A stretch of 64,000 nt of DNA from Laetmonice hystrix (taxonomy: Eukaryota): the NCBI GenBank assembly GCA_965235115.1, contig OZ249445.1, positions 17,670,001 through 17,734,000 on the forward strand, given 5' to 3'. Shown here one piece after another: positions 35,030 through 47,921 of the stretch. A program made the translations under genes and the position numbers. Under the pieces are notes generated by a model. That model made no database searches. It was given only the letters and a program-made list of their open reading frames with translations, and was not told the origin of the DNA. Each line of letters begins with the position of its first letter. Positions within the stretch are counted from its first letter, which is position 1.

Positions 35030-35189
35030 TTTGCATTTCTTGAAAACATACATTTTGCATTTCTTGAAAACATACATTTTGCATTTCTTGAAAACATACA
35101 TTTAATGAAAACATACATTTTGCATTTCTTGAAAGCACACATTTCCTTTTCTGAAAACATACATTTTGCTTTTCTTGAAAACATACATT
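35030..35189. repeat. Degenerate 24-bp tandem repeat (~6-7 copies)
   Basis: tttgcatttcttgaaaacatacat units. Confidence 0.85.
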
Positions 35190-36841
35190 GTGTGAACATA
35201 ATGTAGCGGCAGGTCAATGAAATTTTACCCGACCAGAGTTTGATTCGATTTCTCCGCACCAGATAAAAGAGATCATAATTGAACAAAGATTATCGTAGAA
35301 TTATACATTTGGCTATATTTTATTGACATAGTTTTACATTACTAGGGGCGGGTGGAACAGCCCAAAAAATATTCAGATCGCTACCGAAAATATTAAATGT
35401 GCGTCTTAATGTTAAATTTAAAACATTGTCCTCATGAAAAATGATTACTACGGTGAAAAGAAGCAGGACGATTAAAGTAAATGGTACGTTGACATATCTA
35501 CAATAGATAACACAGAAGCTTAACATGCCTGACTTGATTCAAAAGGCATTTGTTAGTAACAAAAAGGCGAATCCTTAATGAACAAAAATGATGTAATTGA
35601 ATATGATACGCTAATAGTTTATCGCTTCTATTTCCTCATCTTAAAAAACATTAATTCGCTTGTTCGGCAGTTTTGTCCAAAATCGTCCAAATTATACATG
35701 AAGCCCTATCTGCAAGTTTCAGCTAACCATTAGCTTCAATATTGCATCTATGAGAACCAGTAAATGGAAAAAGCTTTTATAATTTAGGTAAATACCGACG
35801 CCGTTACTCTCCTCTGTGCCATCATTTGACAGGAAAACGGAATTGTTCAGTTCTGTACATGCTTATAACCTAATCGTTGTGTTTGTGTTTGGGAGAGGTC
35901 TAGTATTCAGTATCAAGTACATGTATTTATTATGGTTTGGGTTCAGACATGACGACGATAATAAGACAAAGGCACAGAATCATAATGTGATACTACTGTC
36001 TACGTTCGTCCCAAACCTTTGAATTTTGAAAGTTTGGGGACACTGACAGTACGATACTAATTGCCAAAGATATTACATCGTTTCGTTAAAAAGAAAATAC
36101 GAGAAAACATGGTTACGTACATGGACTTACTTAAGCCTTTAAGGGCTTCTAGACTGAGTTTCATGAAGTAGATACATGATCCACCATGGTGCCTTAAAAA
36201 GAGAGTTGGGAAGGGTTAGGTTTTTTTCACAGAGCACCAAGACGTTGAATGAGGTGGTCCAAGTGATTACTACGGCAAAAAGAAGTGGGAAGATTTTCGG
36301 TGGGGAAACTATAAAGTAAATGTTACGTTGACATATCTACAATAGATAACACAGAAGCTTGATATGCCTGACTTGATTCAAAAGGCATTTGTTATTAACA
36401 AAAAGGCGAATCCTCAATGAACAAAAAATATGCACCAAAGAAGGATTGTGAAACAATTAACAGCTTAGATGAATAAGATTCTGAAACACTGTTTATGTTG
36501 ACTTCTGAATCCGTTAGAAAGGTGATTAGCATAATAGAGAAAGAAATGGAGATGGCGGGACCTCGAGGTGATAGGTGGGCGGAAAATAAGAGAAGGGAAA
36601 ACAGTCTAGCAACAACGACCATTCAGCTCTTAACAGGGGTCTGTGGTTTTATAGAAGAATGCCTTTGATATTTATTCAGTTTCACTAATATACAGATTAT
36701 GTATTTGACGGCGTATTAACACATTGTACATCTGACATATGTACTATATCAATAAATGTTCTGTCAAATTGCTGCCTCGATTTCTTGATTTCCAATAAAC
36801 ACCAACTCGTATCTATATGTGGAATGCCTGATTGGTTTCAG

Positions 36842-37015
36842 CCGATTCGTTTCACGCCCCCGCGTGATGCGACACCTCCCCCAGTCAACCAAGAGACAAC
36901 GCAGTCTTTCCAAACTCTCACACTATCTGAGCCATCTGGCCAGGAAACTGTGACAGAAACCTCCGAAACTATCACCTTTGATGCCCCAGCTCCCCCACCT
37001 AAGCCGGAGAAGAAG
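36842..37015 (+). CDS. Exon (174 nt, phase 0-0; alternative donor at 37042): PIRFTPPRDATPPPVNQETT...PPPKPEKK
   Basis: Lies within ORF 36785..37096. Acceptor ggtttcag|CCG; donors AAG|gttacc or AAG|gttggc. Confidence 0.65.
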
Positions 37016-38519
37016 GTTACCCAGAGATCTGAAAGGAAAAAGGTTGGCCCCAAGTCCTCAAGCGTCAAGTCCTCAGCGACTCTTGTCTTCTCATAAATTT
37101 TCAGAGCCCTCGCAGCACGCGCAGACTGTCATTCACAGCTTGTAAAGTCATCACTGGCACGTATTGACTGCCCTCACAAAGCCCTCACTGTAATATCTAC
37201 TGTAAAAGTTTATCAGGTATACCCAGCGTTAAGTCCCAGCTGGTGTAAGTGGCAGATTTCGGTGCGTGAACCAAGGATGACTTTGCAAAGCCCGTACATG
37301 TTGATTTCAGAAGAGGAGGCCTCCCGAAAGTCTCAGTAAAAGCCAAATTAAAGCAGAACTGCTATGCCATGAATTAAGAAAAAAGCTGAACCAGAGCCTC
37401 GTCTCGATCCACTCTTTCAGACACTAACTCAAAAAGGGGAAAATAAAAAAAAAAATAAAACAAGGTCACCTTGTATAATATTTTGTGGACCTTGTATAGA
37501 ATGATGCCTCCGAATGTCCTTTCGGGATGCCTGCTTCCAACAGAGGAGCCGTCTGTAGACGACTGGCCGGGTCTCCGCTCTGTACAACAACCTTCCCACA
37601 ACGTACTCGGAACATTTCACTCTTACTGCGGACATAAACAGCACAAACCTGCCGGAGAGAGGTAACAAAATGGGGGATAATCAAAACTACGACCTAAAAC
37701 CGCATCATTGAGGGCACAAAGTGAATCATGGGACACCAGTGCATTGTGGGAAGGTAGGCAGACGGAAGTGCCCCCTGGGGACAGGAAACAGTGAGCTGAT
37801 GAATAATGTTGGATGCAAGGTGTTAATTATGTAATGAAGTTCAATTTTCTTGTTATTGTTTTTCACAAGACGGCTTCAGTAACTATTCTCTAGGATGCTT
37901 TTTTTACGGAACCTTAGCTTTCTGTTATTTTGAACGGGGGAAAAATATGAGGTACTCGGTGTGCTTCATTGTAAAAAAGTTCAACTAAATGGCAAGCTTT
38001 TATTTCCAACTAACAATTCAGGTAGAGGAAAAGAGGGTTAAAAGAAGAATGAAAGATTCCAGGTGTTTTTTTTAAAGTGACTGTGTGAAGATCTGCACAG
38101 GAAACCAGTCTTTCAAAAATCCTTCCAGTATTTGTCACAAAATGTTTTTTATATTTCCACCATATACTCACTCACTCAGTCACTATTTCCACCAGTGATG
38201 AAGTTTAGCCTTTAAGGCCGAATTCGGGACATTTCCCTCCCCCCAAAAAACAACTTTGGCAAATACCAAATTGGCAATTCACTGAATACTATAACAGGAT
38301 GATTGCCCGAGCATTATAAGTCGACGTGAAAGGTAGAAGAGCACTTTGGCCTTAAGCGCATCATCTATTGTAGGTACCTTGTAGTAATACCTTGGTAAGT
38401 TCAGAGATAGATCTAGATGTAGCACCCCGTGAATAGATAGAGAGTAGTAAAAATAGATGGTGAGTCTTGAGTCTGGGATGCTCCAGAACATCGGCCCGGC
38501 TGCATCCGTTCAGGTAGCG

Positions 38520-38810
38520 TCAGCCAATGAGAACGTTCGTTGGTATTTACTGCGAACGAAAGCAGGAAGACTATCGGCGACCTCGCCGTCGTGCTGAGTC
38601 ATAAACGAAAAAGCAGTTGCCTAGCAACTGTGTACTTGATCCTGCTGTGAGATTGCAGACATACCGGCTTGGCGATGAGACGCTCCCCACCTGGCCTGCA
38701 CTACGGGCCAGTTAAGACCAGTTTCCCCTTACAAGTTACATGTTGCCAGTGTAAGGGGACGTGCCACCAACTTTGAGCCGACGTTAAGTACCGTGACGTA
38801 ATGACGTAAT
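38520..38810. promoter_or_regulatory. Candidate internal promoter/enhancer motif cluster
   Basis: CCAAT (38524), AP-1-type TGAGTCA (38595), RFX X-box-like GTTGCCTAGCAAC (38616-38628) and two adjacent TGACGTAA (38794, 38802). Confidence 0.3.
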
Positions 38811-41800
38811 GTCATCCCGATTGGTGTCGTCTGCTTTAAGATAAAAGTTGTAGGTAGGGTTCTATGAGACAGTGCTGCGTTCATTTGACCCTAACTGTAA
38901 TAAAGGAGGATGAAAGGAGTAGATCAATGGAAGGTCATTAGAAAGAATTGATCTCATGTGTGGCCCACACATCGGAGTCTACAAAGCTTAAACGTTTTAT
39001 GTTTTCTTAATTCTTTACAACAGATGTTTTTGTTTCTTACAAAAAAAGATTATCTATGTCTCTATAACAAGCCTGGGTCCTTTTGGACTAGGGGAGATCG
39101 TCGGATGGACCCTCAGAAGCTGTTAGTCTGTCCTGATGATTTTATCCTGCTGGGTAATAGCTTCTGGGGTACTTGAAGGGAGACCCATTGGGCTGGCTCC
39201 ATTGCGGTTCTCCAGTTCATGGAGGACGTACCTTGTATAAGATGCCATTTGATGGACCGGAAGTCGGAACCCCCAGAAAAGGAAAAAAAACATCGACCGT
39301 AGAGGTTGTAGGCTTATGGCAAAGTTTTGGCTTAAAATAATATTTTACCAAGGAGCAGGAACGCTGATAAAACAGGAAAAGATCATGTACGAGGATATGA
39401 ATCGACCCTTAGTTAATTAAAATGGGTTAATGGGGGTTAAGTCGGTTGAATGGGCCAGTAAAACCTTCGGCATCCTCGCATCAACTGCCAACCGAATGAT
39501 GAATTAGGTTAACAGGCGCCGCTGACAACAGCCCAGGAACGACCGAGAGGCACTGAATACCAACATGGCGGGCTGGTGGCACTCCGCAATCCGTCAGCAA
39601 CTTCTCCCAGCCTCAGCTATAGTAAATAAGGCGGACTTTGGCTTCACATTAGGACGTAACATACAGATGGGGAAACACTGTGACGTCATTCATAAGGGTG
39701 TTAGAATTCCTGGGGGTAGGGACCGTTGAAAACGGGATTTTCCCCCCCTGAGCAAGAATATCTAGTCGTACACCAGGGTGTGGTGGGTGTGGAGGGGGCT
39801 GAGCAGGGCTTGTGACGGTACTTCCCGTTATGGTCCAGGGGGTCATTGGTGTGATCCCGACTTGACAGAAGGTTGACAGAGATCATGTAGTGATCAGGTT
39901 GGCATGGTTACCGCCTCCAGCCTGAGTGACCTGTAGGACGTAGATTATACGTATATTATATACGCAGCCCCATCGTAGATTTGTAGACGCTATGCACCGT
40001 GCAGACCCTGTTGCAGACCCCTCTTACTTCACCATATCTTAGGGGAACTGTATATTTACACCATATATCCTACCTCCTTTCTCTATGCGATAGAAGGAAA
40101 ACACAGAAGGCATGGAACGTTGCAAGAAAATACAAGGAGTAGACGTGAAGAATTGTGTGGTGGTGATGTATTAGACGGGTTTTTGAGATGTGCCCTCCCT
40201 GGTCCGTCACAGCGGACGCCATGCTGAGACGGTCCCCTGCGGCGCTGACGAGGGCGGGCGGGCGGGGCAGGACAAGCCGGGAAATCACTTCCAGGAGGTT
40301 GGGGCGCTGAAGGGGGTCCCAACTCCCCCAGTCCACAGACCATGAGGAGGTCTCTTACCCTGTCCGACTGTCAGTCATCTTCACACGACGCCCCCCCCCC
40401 CCCCAACCCCTCCACCGGCCGCCCCGAACAACACCACAGACTTGGACCAACCCGCGGCCCGGACCGAACTCAGCACAGCACCAGGCCAGCTTTATCTCAC
40501 GGCAGTATATCACAGCCTGGCCAGCTGGCGTAGTCCGAGAACCTAGAAGTATCTGTTTGATCCAGATCCCTTCACAGCGTGGACTAGTTCCCACTGGTTG
40601 GGCCACCATCCATGTGAGCCTTCTTAGACTAAGAGGCCACAGACTTTTATAAACTCTTAGCGCTAGTGTTGCTAGTACTTATTGGAGGTTTTGTATATAT
40701 TGACGTGGATAAGGCTGGCCGATGAAACTGATGACCTTAGCTTGACCCCTGTGACCTGAGGGCTACAGGAATGGGGTGAAGACACCATGGTGTGTGGGTG
40801 GACCCCCTCAGCCTATAAGTGGGAGTTTTCCAAGAGTGTACCGTCTGAAGTCACCCCACACATACACACAGCACCCCGGCCAAGGGGGTGCTTTAGGAAT
40901 GGCAGGCATCCTGCCCGTACCACCATCATCACGGGAGAAGAAAGAACCCCTGGCTACTCGACATGTCGGACATAATTCATCATCAGAGGTCAAATTAACC
41001 GAGGCTTTGGACACTTGGTCTGCCACATGAAGGGGTGCCTGCCCATACCCCTAGATCTTGGGGAGAAGTCCTCCAAGCAGATGGCTGCTAAAGAACATTG
41101 GATTGGGGTCATTTCCGGTTCCGGAAAATTCAGATTATATCCGAGAATTGTAAAGTTGAGGAATCATAGAGTAGGGAGAAAATACCAACCCTTATGAATG
41201 CCGGGGACAAGGGAAAACAGCCGGTGGGGTGTAGGCCTAGGTGAGGGAGGGGGTGCTGACGAAGCAGAACCAGCCAGGTACTGGATCAAAGCCAGCGGTA
41301 GGCCGGGAGACAGGCCCTCGCTAGAGCACTCCTTCTTCCTCCAGGGCGGGGGGACCTGTCCTGGCAGGGGCCTCTCCTCCAGCCGCTGGGATGTAACCTT
41401 ACCTGGTGGATGCCACAAAACAAGGCCGGTAAACAAGGCCCGCCGGCGGGGAGGGGAGGGGTGGAGGGCCGGTGGTATGATCACCGCCCCGCCCGGTCCT
41501 GGTGTCAAGGTACAGGTTGACGGAGACAACAAGATGACACGATTCTCCCCATTACTTATGTACGGCCGACTGTCATCTCCGGCCTGGGGAAATGGGAGGG
41601 TGGGGTGGGGTGGATAAATCGAATAGAGTATACTGCTCCAATAATATAGAAAAAATAAAATAACATTTATTCAAAAATAAATTTAAAAACGTTAAAAAAA
41701 GAAGAGCTTAGACCCAGTTGCTGGTAGCTTCCCAACCTTAAGCTTTGCTATAGGCAAGGAGCAGTAATGCTAGGAATGCACTAACTAGTCCGTGTGAGGA

Positions 41801-43106
41801 AGATCTCGATGTGTGGGCGACTCGGAGAGAATTAGCTGAGAGGCAGACAACCAAGGCATTTTTTGGACGTGACTTGAAAGCCAGTTTCATTCGCCACCGC
41901 TAGAGGGCAGCCTGGTTCGCAATCGGGGAGTCGTATCCTTGGCAACCGCCCGGCAATGTCAGCCTCTGACGGCTGTAGGGTCCTTGTTTCTGGAGGCACC
42001 CGAAAGGCATGAATATGGCACATAGGTATCTGATTCAGGGCCACTGGGGGTTTAAAGTTTCTGGCAAGGGGGGGGGGGGCATTTTTTATTTCAAGGTCTG
42101 GAAAGGGGTTTTGGGTGTCGTGTGGTATGGGGTTCAACCTGAACGGAAGGTGCTGGCCCCTAGTGAGGAGAGGTGGAATTGATGAGGGTTAGGGTCCCGC
42201 CTGCCGGGAAATGGGACTTGTATTCTCGTGTTACAGATATCAGTGCAACACCAACCATGTCCCCAGAGAAATACCGAAATCCTATCCATGTAGAAAGAGC
42301 TAAAGTAAAAAGCGTAAGCAATTACGTGGAAATATTAACATTAATAACGATATGTTAGTATTGTGTTGAAAGTTTGGGATCGTGCCAAACTTATGATCTC
42401 GTGTATTTGTGACGAAGACTGGAAGGAGGCAAGGAAAGTTGGCACCTGTGTGTCTGTGAAAGGCAGGGGGTAAAGACACAAGTGTTGTCCACAGTTGTCA
42501 GGAGAGATGAAGATTAAAAAACCCAGAGCATAGAGAGGACAGAAAGTTTTCACTCCAAAATGTGCCTCTAATCGGTGCTTGAGAAAACAGTATTTCCTTT
42601 TTTTATTGTAGAATTTGCGCAGTACTGCGCACATGCTCATGTATATTGCACGGGAACAACTAATTTATTTGTTGATCTTTCTTTTTTATATACGTATTTA
42701 TACATTATTTATATGCAGAACCTTTTTTAAGAAAACCCTTCCCCTTTCTCAGAAGTGCAATAATTCATGTCCTAGTTAGTGTTCCTCTGGAATGTAATTG
42801 TAAATTATTTGTACTAACCAGGTTTGGTAAGAACATCTATAAACACCTGAGGTATGTTGTATAGGTCAGCACCTACTGTTGGTATGGTGAGAGATACACA
42901 TTTTGGGCAAGAATCAATGCTTTCATTGGCATGTTGCTGAAAACAAAAGCGAATACAAACGCAGGTTGTCGTATTTGTAAAGAAGTACATGTGATCCCAT
43001 AGTTATGTGTGTAAGGCCCGTAAGATCTGTTCACGGGTAGTATCAAATGCTCTGGTAGTAGTTAGCCATTTCTCGTTACGTGGGAAAGTTTAGACCACCC
43101 AGGACC

Positions 43107-43276
43107 AGGCTGGGAGGTAGGGGGGAGTACCTGTAAACTACCGTCTCTGGCACCGCCAACCGATGGCTGTTTTCATCACACCAACCGTTGTTAGGCTGGG
43201 AGTTAGGGGGAGTACCTGTAAACTACCGTCTCTGGCACCGCCAACCGATGGCTGTTTTCATCACACCAACCGTTGT
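43107..43276. repeat. Tandem duplication of 86 bp (2 copies)
   Basis: aggctgggag..gggggagtacctgtaaactaccgtc...ccaaccgttgt occurs at 43107 and 43193. Confidence 0.9.
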
Positions 43277-43335
43277 CTGCGGACATCCTGGTAAAAACCA
43301 AACAACAGTCAAAACAAGCTCCTACAGTGAGCTCA

Positions 43336-43351
43336 CAGCGCCATCTGGTGG
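43336..43351 (-). promoter_or_regulatory. CTCF-like core motif
   Basis: Minus strand reads CCACCAGATGGCGCTG. Confidence 0.45.
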
Positions 43352-46272
43352 TCAGATACGGTGGGCAATGACACCTGGTTTATTTGGCTTTCAATTGATC
43401 GTTCATGATTGGTGGGATCCTAGAGTTTGTACGTAACCAACTCCGTAAGGTACTCCGGTTAAAAATGCATGTTTAACCTGCGCCCAATGTCAAGCAGTTT
43501 CCTCCCCATGTTCCTTGGCTCTCCTTTCTTGTACTACATCTGACGGGACGAGGTTCTTTTGATGCCCGCCAGCTTCGATGTTCATTACGCTCATGTAACA
43601 GTGCTCTCATGTTGTTCGGCGCTACATGTTCTTTTCAAAATAAACCAAGAAATGCGAGAATAAGGGGTCAGTTTTCATGTGTGTGAATGGGGCTTTGGAG
43701 TGTGGACTAGCCTCTCACAGGGGCTGTATGTCTTTTATTCAATTTTTTTAAAGTCAATTATTATAGGTAGTTAATTATTTGATGAAGTGCAAGATTCACA
43801 CCTAAAAGTCCATTAAAGGTAGCAGAACTTGAAAAATTACATGAGAGGTATTTCAATACAGTGTACAGGTGTTTGGAAATCCATGAATACCCTATCTCGT
43901 ATGTTGTTCTTGAGTGCTGCATGTGGTAAGTGGACAACCGCCCCTGGAGTGAGGTTTGTGAACACTGCTGTGCCTGGTATGTGTGATATACGACCTCTGT
44001 CCTCACTCCTAGCGTGACGTTTTCATCATAGATAACAATATATTATTTCAGTTATCTGGGAGAATGAGAGAAAGGTATGGAGTGGTGTGTGTAGATGAAT
44101 GAGAGGAGAATGTAGTGGGTTATATTTGTGTGTGTCTGTGTGACGGTGAGTGAAAGTCGTGACCTGAGTGACAACATGTGTATATGTCTCTGAGAGAAAG
44201 AGTGGGTCACTATACGACACGGTCCGTCTTATGTCTTACCATAAACCTGCCTATGGTGGTGTTCTTTTAACGGATTTGCGGAAATAGAAAATCGTATTTT
44301 CATAGCCCCACAATGAAGGTACATCTATACAAGTATTCAAAATGAATTTTCGAAAAAATGAAGTGATTGTTTTGAAAAATCATTTTCTCAAAGTCGTAGA
44401 GTAACCTTTAAGACTTTTCCAAAGATTAAGTGATTTTTCGGTTTTTCTAACTTTTTTCAAAATTCATAATCTCAACAATCAAGAACATCGAAATACATTA
44501 TATTCCATGGCATGGTTTGCCGACTGATTTGCATTATTTTGTTGTGAAGGGTACAGTATATGCCATGACAACAAACTGTCTTGTCAAGCATGGTGTCTTT
44601 TTGGTGTGATTTGTATAATTTGCCAGTGTTTCCCCTCATTTTCCTCTTTCTGTGCCGCTCTGTTCATTTCAAGCATGATCTGACTTGGCTTCATTGTCCT
44701 GCCAATTTGATTTAGCCATGAGATTTGCTGTGTGATCAGTTGTTTGCTGTTTCATTAACTCCAACCCAACCACCAGTCTTTGACTCAAACCCGTGTGACC
44801 CAGTTAATAGTTTCTATTGATGAAGACGGCATGTCAGGCTTACATAAGTCCCAACAAGTATCTTGAGATAAATTAGTAGCCTTAGGAGTGCATTATACAG
44901 AAATATTTGGAATTATCAAGATGCAGGCCTTGAAAGCAACCGTGTAGAAAAAAAAACAAAAAAGTAATGCAGGTGTTTAGAACAGACTGCTATTGAGTGT
45001 GGTTTTCAAATTAGTGGGATAACGTTAACCACATGCCATAGTCAGACGTCTCGACCCAAACCCTGCCTTGTGAGAAAAAAAAGGTGCCTAGCATCTGAAA
45101 GGTCAGAGCATTCAATTGGAGTTAAATACTGTCGAGACTGCCATCGCCTCCTGCTGCCAGGTGCATTCTGGGATTGTTCCTGCTTAGACAAGCGCGGTGA
45201 ATTCTGGGAAGTGTCAGTGTCCGGAGGGTTGGTATGGCCCCATAATAAGGCAAGGGTAAAAGTAAAACCAGATTTGAAAGAAATGGTCCAGTGAACAAAA
45301 ATCAGGCGGTGTTAAAAGAGGCAAAACCCAGTGGGGTTTATGCATTATGTAGTTCATGGGCCAACCACCAGAGGTCTCTGCCCCGAGCAAGACAAGAAAA
45401 ACCCGACCCCAGGGTAACGCTAAGGCGGTGGCGCTAACTTAGGTTCAGAAACATATATTTTGGGACCGTCAAAGGCCATGTAGTATGAGTTTGCAGAGAG
45501 TCAGACAACCCCGTCCACCCCACCCAACCCCACCCCCATCTCTCTCTCGAACTCGTATCTGTGCAGTGCTCTGACGTTTGAGGCCAGTCTTGATTATTGA
45601 CAACCTTCTGGGAATATCCCGTGTGCTTCCATACTCTGATACGTGATATTGAAGGAAGATCTGAGCCCATGTTTGGCATCCATTGCATGAGGTTGAGCCT
45701 AGTGTTAGCCCCGTTTAATACTAATCACTAAAACCCGCCCGGAGAGATGCGGTTCACTGATAAGCCGGACAGAGCGAGGCTGTCAAGCTCGGCCATCCTG
45801 GGCCAACCTGGTAGGTACTTCTCTACAAAGTAGTGACATTTATTGGCCCCAACAAACGGTTAAAAATTTGGTGGAGAAGTTTGGGGTTAGGGTATTAATT
45901 TGATAATTGACGACAAAAAGTTTGAGTGTCGGTCGTTAAGGAACATTGATTCTCATTGGATATCCCTGATTGGTCCATGGTCCCCCGGTCCCAGCATACC
46001 CGAGCCAGTCAGCGTGCTTCTTTCTGCTGCTCTGTTTATTCTTTGTTCTATCTTTGTCCTGGTTTCTATTTCTCTGTCTATTGTCCTATTGTTATTAATT
46101 GTCTTCATGTTGATCATGTTAAGATGTGTTTCCGTCCTCGTTCACCATCACCACCATGCCATTCTTAAAGAATGTGATGTAACATAAAAGATATCGCACA
46201 GAGGTTTATCATTCCCCAGGTCATTATAGGATACGTGTATATTGAGGTCACAGTTGTGTACGTCGCTAACAG

Positions 46273-46440
46273 AGCCAACACTTCCTTGGTACAGGTCACT
46301 CTGGGACCGACGATGTTAGTATGGAGATGACGTCACCGTCTCGTCTGGAGGACACCCTGCCCACCTTCCAGCAGCCCAAACGTTACGTCAAACCGGACGA
46401 TAAACGCGAGAGCAAGGCTGCACCTGGAGTCATCATAATG
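46273..46440 (+). CDS. Exon (168 nt, phase 0-0; alternative phase-1 acceptor at 46295): ...DDVSMEMTSPSRLEDTLPTFQQPKRYVKPDDKRESKAAPGVIIM
   Basis: Overlaps ORF 46321..46515. Acceptor cgctaacag|AGC and donor ATG|gtacgt. Confidence 0.6.
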
Positions 46441-47735
46441 GTACGTCAAGTGACGTCACGTCACGTCAAGTGTCTGTCAGGCAGACGACTGCCTTGTTGT
46501 GCGAGGACCGAGTAGTGTTTTTAGCAGTTTTCTTTAAGCATGTGTTATCTTTTGTTGTTGATAGTTACACTGTAATGTTGAAAACTTGGCATGTGTATAA
46601 AGACCAGCTTTGTTTTTTGTTTGTTAGATAGATTTTTGCATCTGTAGGATTGAAAAGTTTGTTTATTTTATTGTTAAAAATGTTTTCATAGCATGGTCCT
46701 GAATTTGCATCATAATACAGCCGTATTGCGTTGTGAGGGGATGGAGATAATATATATATTTTTTTTTTGGGGGGGGGGTCCCACTCGGAAACTCGGAAAA
46801 TTGGTCACTTGGAAATATGATACAAAACACATCGAAAATCCAGTGAATGATTTTTCGCAATCGTCCAGTTTTTTTTACCGACCAATGAAACACACATGCT
46901 TTATGCGTCAATAATTAATACCTCACCAAACCGTAGCCCTCACCCACCCTGATCGCCTGTGTGGTCGGAGCAAACTTACCTGACGTCATTTGTCACATGA
47001 CCTTACACGAGGCACAGCCTGCAGAGTTTGCGCACTCTTCACCAGATGTCGCTTGATACACAAAACTGGCGCACCCTTGGCGAATGGGTACACCCGGGGA
47101 ACGAATGGCAAATAGTGGGGGAAAAACATTCTTTAAAAAGTCTCCAGTACCTAATGCATGCTGTTAACATCGTAAAAAATCTTTTTTAATGGCAAACTTG
47201 GTTTAATCGATTTTTTGTATAAAGCGTAACAATAAATAATGTAAAACGGGTATGTGAGAAATATTTATATTAATTTGCCAATTTCATAACCTGGGACATG
47301 ATGCTTTGGAAGGGTGCCGGTTGAAAAGAACGTAAATTTGGAACAGTGGTATATGGTAACGGGATTAAATGTTGTGACGGGCAAGTAAACTACTTTGTGG
47401 TTTAACATTTGGTGCCGAATACTTACAGATAATTAACAGTGAATGTAACTGATTCCCTGTTACGCTGAGTCCAACCAATTTAAACGGACAAATGGACAAA
47501 CGCACAGCGACAGAGAGGGGCATTCATTCCTCTTGGGTGTAATTAAAAACAAAAACATAGTAGAATGTTCCAAACAATGTAAAAACCGTATTCTCTTTTT
47601 ATTCAGTAAAGTTCTATACATCGCTTATGACATGTAGAAGAGAATGTGTTTTAGAGATTTTCCTTTGCCTATTGATTGTTTACGTTCGTACTAATTCTGT
47701 GCACCCATGGTCTGGTTGTGCTGGTTTTCCCCAAG

Positions 47736-47921
47736 GAGGAGGACGTTGCTAGTCCGGCCTCCACTGCCGGTAGTAGCCGGGCGGTGACGGTGGCCGCTCG
47801 GGCCGCCGACCCGGCCCCCGAGTACGAGGTGAAGCCATCACAGCCCTTTGGTTCCCTCCTTGCTAAGTGGAAAGTGGAACCCTCTCCTCCGGCGCCCAAA
47901 CAATCGCCCAAGTCCATGCAG
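47736..47921 (+). CDS. Exon (186 nt, phase 0-0): EEDVASPAST...FGSLLAKWKVEPSPPAPKQSPKSMQ
   Basis: Lies within ORF 47676..47966. Acceptor gttttccccaag|GAG and donor CAG|gtagag. Confidence 0.7.

Noticed and set aside
40811-40989. Possible extra phase 0-0 exon (PISGSFPRVYRLKSP...NSSSE)
   Set aside because: The donor is weak (GAG|gtcaaa) and no motif links it to the rest of the protein.
43813-44411. Second possible TTAA-flanked element (ttaaaggt ... acctttaa)
   Set aside because: The inverted match is only 8 bp plus very degenerate similarity, too weak to call TIRs.
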